DNA of 59,331 nucleotides from Trichoplax sp. H2 (Eukaryota): NCBI GenBank assembly GCA_003344405.1, contig NOWV01000028.1, positions 558,001 to 617,331 of the forward strand, read 5' to 3'. Shown piece by piece: positions 40,242 to 51,138 of this stretch (position 1 is its first letter; each line of letters starts with the position of its first letter). The notes under the pieces were generated by a model. It saw only the letters and a program-made list of their open reading frames with translations, ran no database searches and was not told where the DNA came from. The position numbers and the translations under genes were made by a program.

Positions 40242-41108
40242 ATGAGACTAAGGGCAATAACTCTAACATTTTGCCTGGTAATTTGTACCATATCGGCTGT
40301 TAAAGCTAACGGTAATAATAGCTCTTAAACATAGAAATTATGTAATTTAAATTTTATTTAGACTCAAAATTTTGAATCTTGTCAATTGCTGTTCGAACTA
40401 GCTAGCCTAATATTTGCCCTGTCCTAGGATTTATCAATTTTTATAGCAATTTTTCTATCTGTTGATAGATCTTGAAGATCGTCATGCCCATTCAACTCCA
40501 GCCTCTGGATTTAAAAAGTTGAAAAATTTGAAGTATTTAGTAAAATGGGCTCCAGTGAGTAGAATATCCAATTAAACGTGTGGTCATCCAATATCAATGT
40601 TGTTGGCAACTAGATGTTCTCGATGTCTTATACTAATTTTATCGTTTTATTCTTTTCCTTTGCATTTTAGCCAACATGTAATGCCAATAAAGCTTGCCCA
40701 ACTGGTCAATGTTGTTCCGTCTATCAACCTACTTTACATACACCTAGAAGAAGATATTGTAGGCCTAATCCATACCTTGGTAGCACTTGCCGCCTTGGCA
40801 CCGGTCGCCGCTCTCTCTGCAGATGCGGCACTGGTCTACAGTGTGTACCAGCTTATAGACATTTGACTATTTCTGGCCGAAGCGTCTACCGAAGTGTCCG
40901 CGGTGCTTATGATGACTTAGATGAAGAAATTGATATGGTACGTGAAACCTCTTCTTTTGCCGATGATGACTACGAAGCCATTACATGGAATGATGTTGCA
41001 GAATTGCGTAGAGAAGCTGAGATGAGTACTGGTTCCACACGTAAGCGAGCCGCTAGTCGATTAGCCAATGTCGGTATTTGTGTCCGTGACAGTAATTACA
41101 CTCCATAA
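40242..41108 (+). CDS. Secreted 197-aa cysteine-rich protein with a prokineticin/colipase (Dickkopf CRD2-like) 10-Cys framework and a long acidic insert, 3 exons
   Basis: Exons 40242-40311, 40469-40554 and 40671-41108 (GT-AG, phases 1 and 0). Signal peptide MRLRAITLTFCLVICTISAVKA. Mature region PTCNANKACPTGQCCSVYQPTLHTPRRRYCRPNPYLGSTCRLGTGRRSLCRCGTGLQCVPAY...NVGICVRD gives C-x5-C-x4-CC-x14-C-x9-C-x9-C-x-C-x5-C-x78-C. Confidence 0.85.
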
Positions 41109-42930
41109 GACATTTCAGCCTTATTGAGCCGTTCAATTTGTCATTCTATATTAGAATGATGATGAAAAACGAATCTGTATAACTAATACCGTACATAATT
41201 GAGAAGTTGATATTCCAACTATTGCTTCCTTGGACTATACTAGTACCATATCAATTACTGACAGGAATATGTACTTAAACTACTTAGTTGTAATGAATAA
41301 GATGTATTTCAATAATTAATTAATTAAATCTAAACAACCATTGTGGATAGTACTGCTCTGCTTTTAATATCAAATGTTGCCACCATAACTGTAATACATG
41401 ACATTCAATGTAATCATCACCCTTCACATCTTATCTTAATCATTAATCTGCTTATTAAAACACGTGAAATAATGCAATAAAAGTAATATCGAACGAACTT
41501 ATAAGTGTCATTTTAATGCAAATTCGTACCTATCGTAGTGTTTGTTATTCAGTATTTTAAAATTAAAAAAACAAAATCTTCAAAATTATACAAGTGAATA
41601 CGAAGTTAATTCAACTAGCTATTCTATGGACTATTACCGTAGTAGCCCATGGTTGCTCATATATTAGACTCATTACGGCAGTTCTAAAGGATACAAATCT
41701 AGTCTTACGATATGCTTCTATTCCTCGTACTATAATAACTCTATCACAACTGGTACAAACAGATTTATTCAGTACTTCAAGGCGAAGTTTGATAGACAAC
41801 GTAATCTCAGAACGATTTACTGTATTACATCATATAAAATACTTAAAATCGCATTTTCTGTTTTTGTCAAATGAGACAGTCTCGCATAATTGCTTGAAGG
41901 AATTTTCTACCGTATGCTTGTACTATATAATCTCCAAGAAAAGGTTGGGAAAAATGAAAACGATTTCATTCTCTACGTCTTAGAGCTAGAAACTATCGCA
42001 ATTACTGCAAACTTGGACACTGTAGATTATGCTTCAGAATTCGTAGCTATGAAATCTTTTGACATTATTTACACTAATCTGAAATTGTATTTGTTTAAAG
42101 TATGTACAGGGCTACTATTTTACGCCATTATTACAGGCAGTAAGCTCGACGTCAGCAGATACAGTCTCTCAGCTATTGCAGTTAAGCTAATTTGAGAGTT
42201 CTTCATTTTCTGTATTTGACTACTTCTATTGAGTTTGTTATTTTGTGTCATCATATTTAATCTTATGTAGCGATTATACTTGTAAATATAACGAAAAACA
42301 ATCCTGCTAGTATGTTTATCAACTCAAAACGTGCATGAGTATTCCTAGCATTAATTTTTTACAGTAATATTCAATACTTTTGAACACGACTTGATATTTC
42401 TCATCGTTAAACTAGTTCAGCTATTGCATTGCAACTATAACTTACTAGCCAGTTTTTTCATCGTTCTAATATGGTGATATTTACATTTATTTACTGTTTA
42501 TGTTCACGACACAACAATATGCAAAATTTTCATGGGCCATCCATGCTTAAATTTCGTATATGCAGTAACATATCAGTTCAGAAATCAGCTATTGTGAAAA
42601 TAATAATTTATATATAGAACTGGTAGATAAGCAAAAGATCGAAAAGCCGTTAGGCCACATCGATAATGATATCTAAGAATACGTTCTATTCATGAGTATA
42701 TTTGGCTACTCAAATGTAAATAATGAGAATATAAATCCAGATTTCGTACAGTTCTTAGGCGAATCGAAGGACAGTTCTAAAGCAAAGCACAGAAGTAGTC
42801 CTCTTATATGCAGTATCTAGCTGATAAGATTTTCAAAGCGATGTCTATTAAAAATTTGATATGAAATGGTGGAATCCCAATTGCGTCAAGCCTGAGCTGC
42901 TGTCTTTAACTGTACAAACAATCTCAGGAA

Positions 42931-44278
42931 TCACGTTCGCTTAACTTTAAATCTATCTCGTCTTCGCTTTTTCTTTAGCTTATGTAATTTAATTTTCTTT
43001 CTTCTTTTTTTCATAACGCTGCCACATTCTAATTGTTCATTCGATTCTTCTGTAGTGGCTTGATCACATGATATAATATTTTCCTGATTGAAGTACAGCC
43101 AAGATAGTGAATTAGTGTATCTAGTAAAGACTTGGCTTAGCATAGTATGACTTGTAATTGATTCCTTTCGTTCTTGTTTGCCAGATTGACTTTTGACATT
43201 TTTGTATGACGTTAAGAATGCAGTTGGTAATTTGATATCTCGCAATTGAGGATCAGTGGCCGCTAGAGGTTTTTGTTGGAGATTTAGCAAAGCCAAGTTA
43301 TCTAGATAATGATAGATAAAGATTACTTGTAAGAGTGCTTCTAATATCTTCTTACTCAGAATATCGTCAGGTTATTCGTCGAGATGCGATTTTTTTATGA
43401 TTTAACATCAACAACAGCACAAAATGATGGCCTACGATGCGCATACTGCTTGATGCTGCAATTAATAGACATGGCTACATGATGTGTATTAATATACCGG
43501 TCTACAGATCCCTATATAACAATATAGCGAGTACTAAGTGCCTTATTTCCGTTTAGGCAATAACAAGCTTACCTACCGTACATTGTATAATAGTCTACAT
43601 ATGCGTATGAGGGAAAAATTAACACTTTCAATGAAATTATTCACAAGTATATTCTCTATGGCGTTAGAAGTACTCTGAGTGTGTTTACGGATAGTGTATA
43701 CTCGTACATCTAATGTACAGTATACGTCAGTTATCATAGTAAATTTTAACTCTCTACAGCTACACCTATCGAGGTTCCAGTTTTAGCTTGAACCTGTTCA
43801 TGTACGTACTATGAAAACTATACTGCCTGAATCCTGTACGAGTAATATCTGGCCCCAACATGCTTTTGCATCACTACTTGTCTGGAAAGTAGTAATAAGC
43901 ATACTAACATTCAGCAGCTGTAAACTTCGAGCAATACGCTTTAATTGATAAGTTTATAAAGTGGAGTATTCTAATATTATGTACAAAAGGTCGAATTCAG
44001 CTTCTACTTCATAATACCGACTACTCCTCTACGAATAATGAGGCATTATCATGTTATGGTGCAGACGGTTGGATTTAGCTTATTCTTGGTGCTACTGACC
44101 ACCTCACTACGAATAACGAAGAGTGAATTTATCTAACCACTCATTACATCATGATACCTGAGGCCTTCTTGATGCGTGTATATTGACCACATGATAAATT
44201 ATTGGATTTTGTAGCTGCAAACGGCCAGGTCATTTTCCAGGCCGAGCGAAATAAGGTTACAGTTTGCTTTAGGGCCAT
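42931..44278 (-). CDS. AURKAIP1: Mitoribosomal small-subunit protein mS38 (AURKAIP1/COX24 family)
   Basis: Last exon 43301-42931 ends LECGSVMKKRRKKIKLHKLKKKRRRDRF, the mS38/DUF1713 signature SVxKKRRxKxxxHKxxK. Exon 1, 44278-44158, MALKQTVTLFRSAWKMTWPFAATKSNN..., is basic and acid-free like a mitochondrial presequence. A probable phase-1 middle exon lies at about 43501-43435. The N-terminal exon model is tentative. Confidence 0.8.
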
Positions 44279-44529
44279 CTCTCGCTAAATGAATTCAATT
44301 TCAAGAACTAAATCGTCGTTCTTCTACGCGTCGACGAGCTGTAAAGTCTAGTCTACAATATCTTGCTCTATGAAAATCTTATCCAATAAAATTTCATCTC
44401 TAGTCTCTCTTAAGCAGCTTCCATCTTCCCGAGATTGGATCTCGTCCAACACGAGTTGCGAATCGATGTCCAACTGTCCAGCCTCTGTAGTCTGTACCTT
44501 GCTTGCGCCAGACATACCTTCTACGCATG

Positions 44530-45660
44530 ACCAGTACTGTACGACGTGCAGTGGAAACTCATTTTGTTTAAAAATACTACTGTAGTAACTGTACTGTGTA
44601 CTGACGGACAGACATTTCCGGTTTTATTCTCATTAAACTATTGTGAGGACCACTTCATTATGACTTACTGTACTGTACAGTATAAAGTACAGTACAGTAG
44701 TACTGTATGTACTGTACAGTAGACGGTCGATTCTGAATTGGCTGATTTTTTCTCAATCAAGTAATATTACATTGAATATTACGATCTATTCCTAAAGTTC
44801 TGCTTGGAAGCTGCAGTTATATAAGATCGTGAATGTTATTTAAATTAGTACCCGTGATTTAGAAAATAGACACGGAAGATCCATACCAAGTAGTCATTTT
44901 TCGGCATGAACGGCCTCACACTTGATCAAAAAGTCCGTCCACCCTACCTACTGTACACACTGAAACATGTACTGTACTGTACAGTACTTTGTTAATCCTT
45001 GACGTGCAATGTACTGTACAGTACTGTTTTAGTGTACTGTACTGTACTGTAGAACAGTACAGTACTGCGCATGTTCAAAGCGTACTGTATGTACACTGTA
45101 CAGTACAGTACAGGAGAGTTCAGTACAGTATTATTGTCGTCCATGACACGAACGGCCTCGCACTTGATCAAAAAGTCCGTCCATCCTACATACACACTGA
45201 AACATTTTCCTACAGTACTTTGTTAATCATTAACGTGCACTGTACTGTACTGTACTGTACAGTACAGTACAGAGTGTCCAAAAATAATCCCAGCGCACAA
45301 ATTTAAAATTAGTATTGCCAAATTGTGCAGTAATTTGCCAAAAAAATGTACCGAAATGTAGAGTAATAACCTATCATAATCTGAAAACACTGTACTGTAG
45401 GGTTACAATACACTACTGTAGTGTAGTGCGTACAGTACAGTACAGTCCTGTACTGTGTACAGTACTGCGCATGTTCAAAGCGTACTGTACTGTACACTGT
45501 ACAGCACAGTTCAGTATTACAGTAGTCCATGACGGTACTATGTACTGTACACTGTGCACATTCGATTCCAATCATGACGTAATTGTAAGTAGAGCTGCCG
45601 ATGTCCAGCGTTACATAAAATGCCCAAAACTCGGTATCAGCACTATAGTTCAGTATCACT
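44530..45660. repeat. (TACAG/CTGTA)n-rich low-complexity, palindrome-rich region with an embedded ~240-bp duplication; probable bidirectional promoter region of AURKAIP1 and AGTRAP
   Basis: Dense TACTG/CAGTA arrays and ACTGTACAGT palindromes. gaacggcctc.cacttgatcaaaaagtccgtcca occurs at about 44908 and 45150; cagtactgcgcatgttcaaagcgtactgta at about 45060 and 45460. Confidence 0.85.
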
Positions 45661-46691
45661 GACTGCCAGTTAGGGTTAGCAGTGTGGAAGATGTAGATAG
45701 ATTCAACTCGAAGAAAGTCCCCAACATTGGGCGCTGTTGAATTTGGTCAACTGTTCAATAAGCAGTTTCAAAGTAATAAGAGGTAAGTTAGCAGCCATTA
45801 AAAGAATGATGTAGATTACAATCATTGGATTGCATCTATCTTGCGTTATCAAATGACGGATTAAATTGATATGACTACCATGGACTTACTAGTTTATACA
45901 ATATGTTTTAGAAGCATCATATTTTGCTCTAAAACTGTTTGTCTTGAATGCACACGGAAAACTCTACTTTTTAAGCGCTTTGTTATGATCGCCGACAGTT
46001 GTTGTTAGTACTGTACATGGACATACAGTGATTACTTTATTGTATAATAAGGCCCAGTTAAACTTCTGTATTCATACGTTATAAACAGAGTAAAATTTAT
46101 TTTAACAGTAGCTTTAACTTTATAATGGCAGCTCGGATCAAATCCAACAGCTCCTTGTAATTGTTAATTCCATCATGAGCCGTTTTTCGTTGTGCCGAGT
46201 AGTACTACGGATCAGTAAAACAGATGCGCATATACTTACTATACCCGTATATGTATACTAGTACAGAAAAAAGTCTTCGATACAAGTATTTAGAACGTTC
46301 TGTTGTACCATATCATCACTAATAGAGAATTCTGATGTTGTGTAATTGAAAGATTAGATAGTTGCCTTTGTATCACTTACCTTGTATTGTGTTATATCAG
46401 TCTGCCGTTTAGTTTGTTAGATAGAACAATTATGGACAATCAGGCCCAGTAATAGTAAATTAACTGTAAATTGAATCGTTACTCCCTACAAATAAGTAGA
46501 TGTTTATGTGTTACTACTCGTGTAGTTAATACTATATACGCGTACAATGTGGTATCAATTTGATGCTGGTGAATTTCTGTCATAAAAGAGATAATGAAGT
46601 TTCAATTTACATCGTTGAATTGAATGCAATTCAACCTTTTGTAGCATATCTGTGAACGGACTCTGCCCCACTTGCGCTAAGATTTCGAAAC

Positions 46692-48856
46692 ATGTCTCAG
46701 AATCCACCCCTCAGCGTTTCCGGTGATTATCCTAATCAAAACTATCAACAGCCTCCACCCATTGGCGCTGCGTCTGGCTTCCCTCAGCATGGAGATACTT
46801 ACAGCGAACCAAATCAGCAAACATGGCAGCAACAACAAACGCAGGGATCGCCATTTCGTATCCCCGTAGTACCATTGAAAGTAAGCTAATAATAAATTTC
46901 TTACTAAACGTGAAATGACTATGCTGTAAGAGCCTACTGACATATCCTGTTCATGCTTTCACTACCAGTTTGATGTTATACTATAAACTACCATAAAACG
47001 TTTTCTAGCTATTATGCTGCTTACCACAGTAGTAACAGAACCGTCATATGAGTATAGATTAAATGGATGGCCTTTTAACGGCGATCAAGTGAAGGCCTAT
47101 GCTATTTCTCTGCTTATTTATTTATGCTTAGTACTCACTGTGTGGTAGTAAGCTTAGCAATTCTAACCCGATACAAAAATAGTCATAATTACAATCTACT
47201 CTACAAATTGCAGAACGGTGAATGCCGTACATTTCTCTCGGAATACAGAATATTTAAGTCAGTTGCCGTGATTATTAAAATTGAGGCAGACAAGTACTGT
47301 ATTGCAAGCATCTCTGATTGCAACATACACGTTGAATTTTAATCGCTATCTTCGCAGTGCTGTTTGATATTTTATTGCAAGTAACTGTTGCATATGTTCG
47401 TTAAGAATTATAAAGTAACTTCAAAATCTACTAGCGTAGCCATTAGGCCAACCGCGGTGGAAAAATAGGATCGATGAATATCATGATGTCCTTGCAATAA
47501 AAATCTTTCTAGCTTGTTTATTATGTTGGCCATCACGTGAATAACTAATGTAATGCAATGCCTAAAATTTCAGTCACCTATCTGATGTAAGTTGTATTTG
47601 TTTTTAAACATTCAATATTAGGTTCTTATCCTCATCGACTTTCTCCTAATTGTTTGGTAAGTAAAACGGTTATTATGTATTTGCATTACTCGTAGATTGC
47701 TACTGCAGTTTTATTACGGTTATATTGAGATATTACTTATCTGAGATACTATATGACAACCTGTTTACAAATTCATGAACCAACTTTTGGAATGAAATGA
47801 CCTAATTTTGAATGTAACATTCTTGAATTAAATAGGGGTGCGGAATATCCTTGGCTACCAGCGTCTTATTTGTTTGGGAATTTTACGGTGATAGCTCTGG
47901 GAATATGGTCTATTATTGACGAGAAAAATCCTGATGGGCCGCATATGGTAATTAGAATACCAGAATTTTCATTGGAAGGATAGCTTTATTATTTGTTAGG
48001 TTATTTTTAGGATAATACTTAATTTGCTGTTCTTATTCCACAGATGTTATTGACACTTACAATTACAATCTTGCAAGACATAATTATGGTCGCTGTGCGA
48101 TATCCTGTAATAGCCTACAAAATTGGTGGTACTGCTGAATTTCGCTTTTCAGCAGGGTAAAAATATGAAATTTCATGTGATATAACTAGTTGCTCTTACT
48201 ACACAAACCGGATTGAAAGTACCACTAACTAGTCCAAATTGATCTTATATTTACAGAATGGCAATTCTTAATATAATTTTGAAGGTATTTGCAATATTAA
48301 TCTATGCTAATAGACTAAAAAATGTATTTGTCCAATCTAAAGAATTGTACTTGATATCTGCAAGTTAAATGTCCTTAAAGATGTACACTTTAAGTGTTCA
48401 ATGATCTGATTGTAATCTTACGGCGTCTCTTTTAACTTGTGTATGTGTCTTTAGCGATGCATGTGCTACAACAAATTTCTGTTACAACTGTTTAATACTA
48501 TAATATTCTTAATTTTAGCCTTTCTATTGCTTCGTCATATACGGGCATCTAACTGCACGTGGTGGCAGCTTGTTAGCCTCATGTAAGTAATCAATCGATA
48601 GTATTATTCGCATTATAGTTTCATTACAGTTGCTTTGGTAATAAAATTCATTATTCTTTCATGAGCAGTTCAACGCAAAAATTATGAATCAATAGACTCT
48701 CCACAACAACAACGAGCCTTTGGTGCTAACCCTCCGCCTCAAGATATTGCTGCTTCCGCATCCCCTTATCAGGACACTTACAGGCCATATTCGCAGCCGC
48801 AAGTAACACCAACACTGCCGGAATATCCCGTCGATACCAAACCTCCTGTTGCTTAA
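46692..48856 (+). CDS. AGTRAP: Type-1 angiotensin II receptor-associated protein homolog, 7 coding exons
   Basis: Exons 46692-46880, 47622-47656, 47836-47947, 48044-48156, 48257-48284, 48519-48582, 48668-48856. Translation IPVVPLKVLILIDFLLIVWG...SYLFGNFTVIALGIWSI...TILQDIIMVAVRYP...FRFSAGMAILNIILKPFYCFVIYGHLTARGG...NYESID aligns to AGTRAP motifs. A likely 5' UTR exon ends at 45782 (ag|gtaagt). Confidence 0.9.
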
Positions 48857-50432
48857 ATAGTCACGACAACCGAGCTAACAATTCAATAGCCGCTGCTAAC
48901 AGGAATTATAGTATTTCTCAAACTGACTGTCCCTAGCTTCTGATTTCTTTGGTTACTATGCGAGTAACTCGTAGATTTATAATAGTAGAATTCCTAAACG
49001 ATTCATTGAGTAGGTACAGTAACATTACGAGATGTAAATTGTGTATTCTAGAAAGATTGAATATTGACACTTGAAAATTCATGAAATCATACCTTAATCT
49101 GTGTAAACGAAATAGGCTGCTGGCAGAAAAACATAAAGTAGTACTGTCAGTACCTAGGTGTATACAACTATGCTATACCGCAGGTATTAGTATGGCATAT
49201 AAATTACTGCTACAGTGCATATAAATTTCCTATGAGTATATTTACTTTATTGTATGGAAGTCCATTGCTATACCGTATGTATAAAGGTATTAGCTAATGT
49301 CGTAAATATAGTATAAGATTTGATACTGTTGCTGTTATAAAAATTTAACCTTTTTACTTAACATTCTTAATTAAGGTATTTTCTTCGCTTACAAGCTAAT
49401 ATTCGCAAGTATCAATTATATTGTTTCGCTGAATTCAAAATTTTAAGTTTTAATTGTTCTTAATTTGTTAGTGTTAGTTTTACTATGTCATAAAATCTTT
49501 CTAACTTGTGGAGGAAGTGAAAAAAATAGTGATATCATAGCCATAGTTGTGTATGCCTGCCAATACATGAAATTAAATATTCAAAATTCATATTTGCAAT
49601 CAACCTTACGTATTAAAAATATGGATTACAAGTAGGTATAAATTGTTGATATTCTTCTGTGCCGTATACGTGAATTAGCAATTAAGTCTATCGTTCCTAC
49701 ACAAATCAGTAATATGATAATTACGGTATCTTTCTACTCACAATTTTAAAGTATTCGTAATTGCACGAGATTTGATCAAGCTTGAAATAAGGAAATATCG
49801 ATAGAGAATTTTCATGGTCGCAGTATCGATAAGCTTCTATGAAAATAATTGGGGTTACTTGACGAAGATTGAAGCAATGTAACCCATCAAAGTAGGCTAG
49901 CAGCTATTCTATGCTGGTTATACATCGCCCGACCCGCCGTCTTACTAGGTAGTTAATGCATGAACTGCACCATTTTATTTTACGTATTTTTATATATATA
50001 TATATATCTTAAAATATTAGCACTTTATCATGTCAATGGGCGTTGTGGTCGGATAATCTATTAATATCATTATTAAGGAGCCTTTCCATCTTGCTTGAAA
50101 CAAGCCAGAAACTTACTTTTGCTGATCATTCCTGAAAGGCAGTACCGTAAAGGCTGTACCGATCGATCTGCATTACTCGAATTAAAAACTCATTATAACG
50201 ATATTGGCTTCTACGCTTAGAGTAGCTGATAATTTTTAGAAATTTGATGATAGATTGGTCTCAGACACTCTCAGTAGACTCTATTACCTGGATGAAATGT
50301 TTATTTATGGAGAGAGATCTACTTTTATGGAATAGTATAGTACGGAACTATAGTACTATCTACTGTACAGTACAGTAGATAATACGATAGGTTTGTACTG
50401 TACCCTCCCTATAGTCAGTAAGTCAAAATCAT

Positions 50433-50533
50433 GACTTGACAAATGTACCAGTATGTAGACTTGACTACTGTACCAGTATGTAGACTTGACCACTGTACCA
50501 GTTTGTAGGCTTGACTACTGTACCAGTTATGTA
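50433..50533. repeat. 25 bp x4 tandem repeat immediately upstream of the TTC36 ATG
   Basis: gacttgac(t/a/c)a(c/a)tgtaccagt(a/t)tgta at 50433, 50458, 50483 and 50508. Confidence 0.9.
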
Positions 50534-50574
50534 AAGGACAGTAAGTCGACAACTGATGTAATAAAAGGCCAAAA

Positions 50575-51138
50575 ATGGCCGAAGTAACTTGTTCCGACAA
50601 GGATAACGCTGTGTTAAATTGCATTTTCAATCCTCACCTGCCGCTAGGTGATGCCTCAGCGGCCACTGCAAAACCAAGTGATACTTTAATTGATAGTGAA
50701 TATGATTCGCAGTTACTAGAACGAGCGAAGCAATTAGAAGTAGAAGGGATCAAGCATGCGGAAAGAGGAGACGTGGCTAGTGCAATCAACAAGTTTAGTG
50801 AATCGATTCTGCTTTTGCCTAGCAGACCGTCCGGTTATAATAATCGAGCGCAAGCACTTCGATTACATGGAGACATCGATGGTGCAATGGCAGATCTTGA
50901 CAAAACCATTGAATTCAGTTCTGGGGAAGGATTGTCTGCATCACAAGCTTATACCCAACGTGCTTTGCTTAAGAAATTATCAGGTGATGACGACGCTGCG
51001 TTGGATGATTTTAAACGTGCGGCGGCGTTAGGAAACGACTTTGCAAAAGCACAAGTTGTCGAAATGAATCCTTATGCTGCTATGTGTAACCAAATGCTTA
51101 GTTCAGCTTTTAAGAAACTTAAAGGGGAAAATTCTTAA
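50575..51138 (+). CDS. TTC36: Tetratricopeptide repeat protein 36 (HSP70-binding), single coding exon, 187 aa
   Basis: DNAVLNCIFNPHLPLGD...LEVEGIKHAERGD...RPSGYNNRAQALRLHGD...QAYTQRALLKKLSGDDDAALDDFKRAAALGNDFAKAQVVEMNPYAAMCNQML is diagnostic of TTC36. Confidence 0.95.
   Translation: MAEVTCSDKDNAVLNCIFNPHLPLGDASAATAKPSDTLIDSEYDSQLLERAKQLEVEGIKHAERGDVASAINKFSESILLLPSRPSGYNNRAQALRLHGDIDGAMADLDKTIEFSSGEGLSASQAYTQRALLKKLSGDDDAALDDFKRAAALGNDFAKAQVVEMNPYAAMCNQMLSSAFKKLKGENS

Noticed and set aside
40597..40866. ORF MLLATRCSRC... in the track
   Set aside because: Wrong frame and starts in an intron; the real exon uses the Cys-rich frame from 40671.
44348..44515. 55-aa acidic upstream ORF (MSGASKVQTTEAGQLDIDSQ...) on the minus strand before AURKAIP1
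   Set aside because: Its ATG lies within a donor-like AAG|GTATGT and a good acceptor (ctttacag) follows at about 44340, so it is probably inside a 5' UTR intron. No homology recognised; RNA-seq would settle it.
44989..45662. Four ORFs of 67-116 aa rich in YCTVQ
   Set aside because: They are translations of the TACAG/CTGTA low-complexity repeat on both strands.
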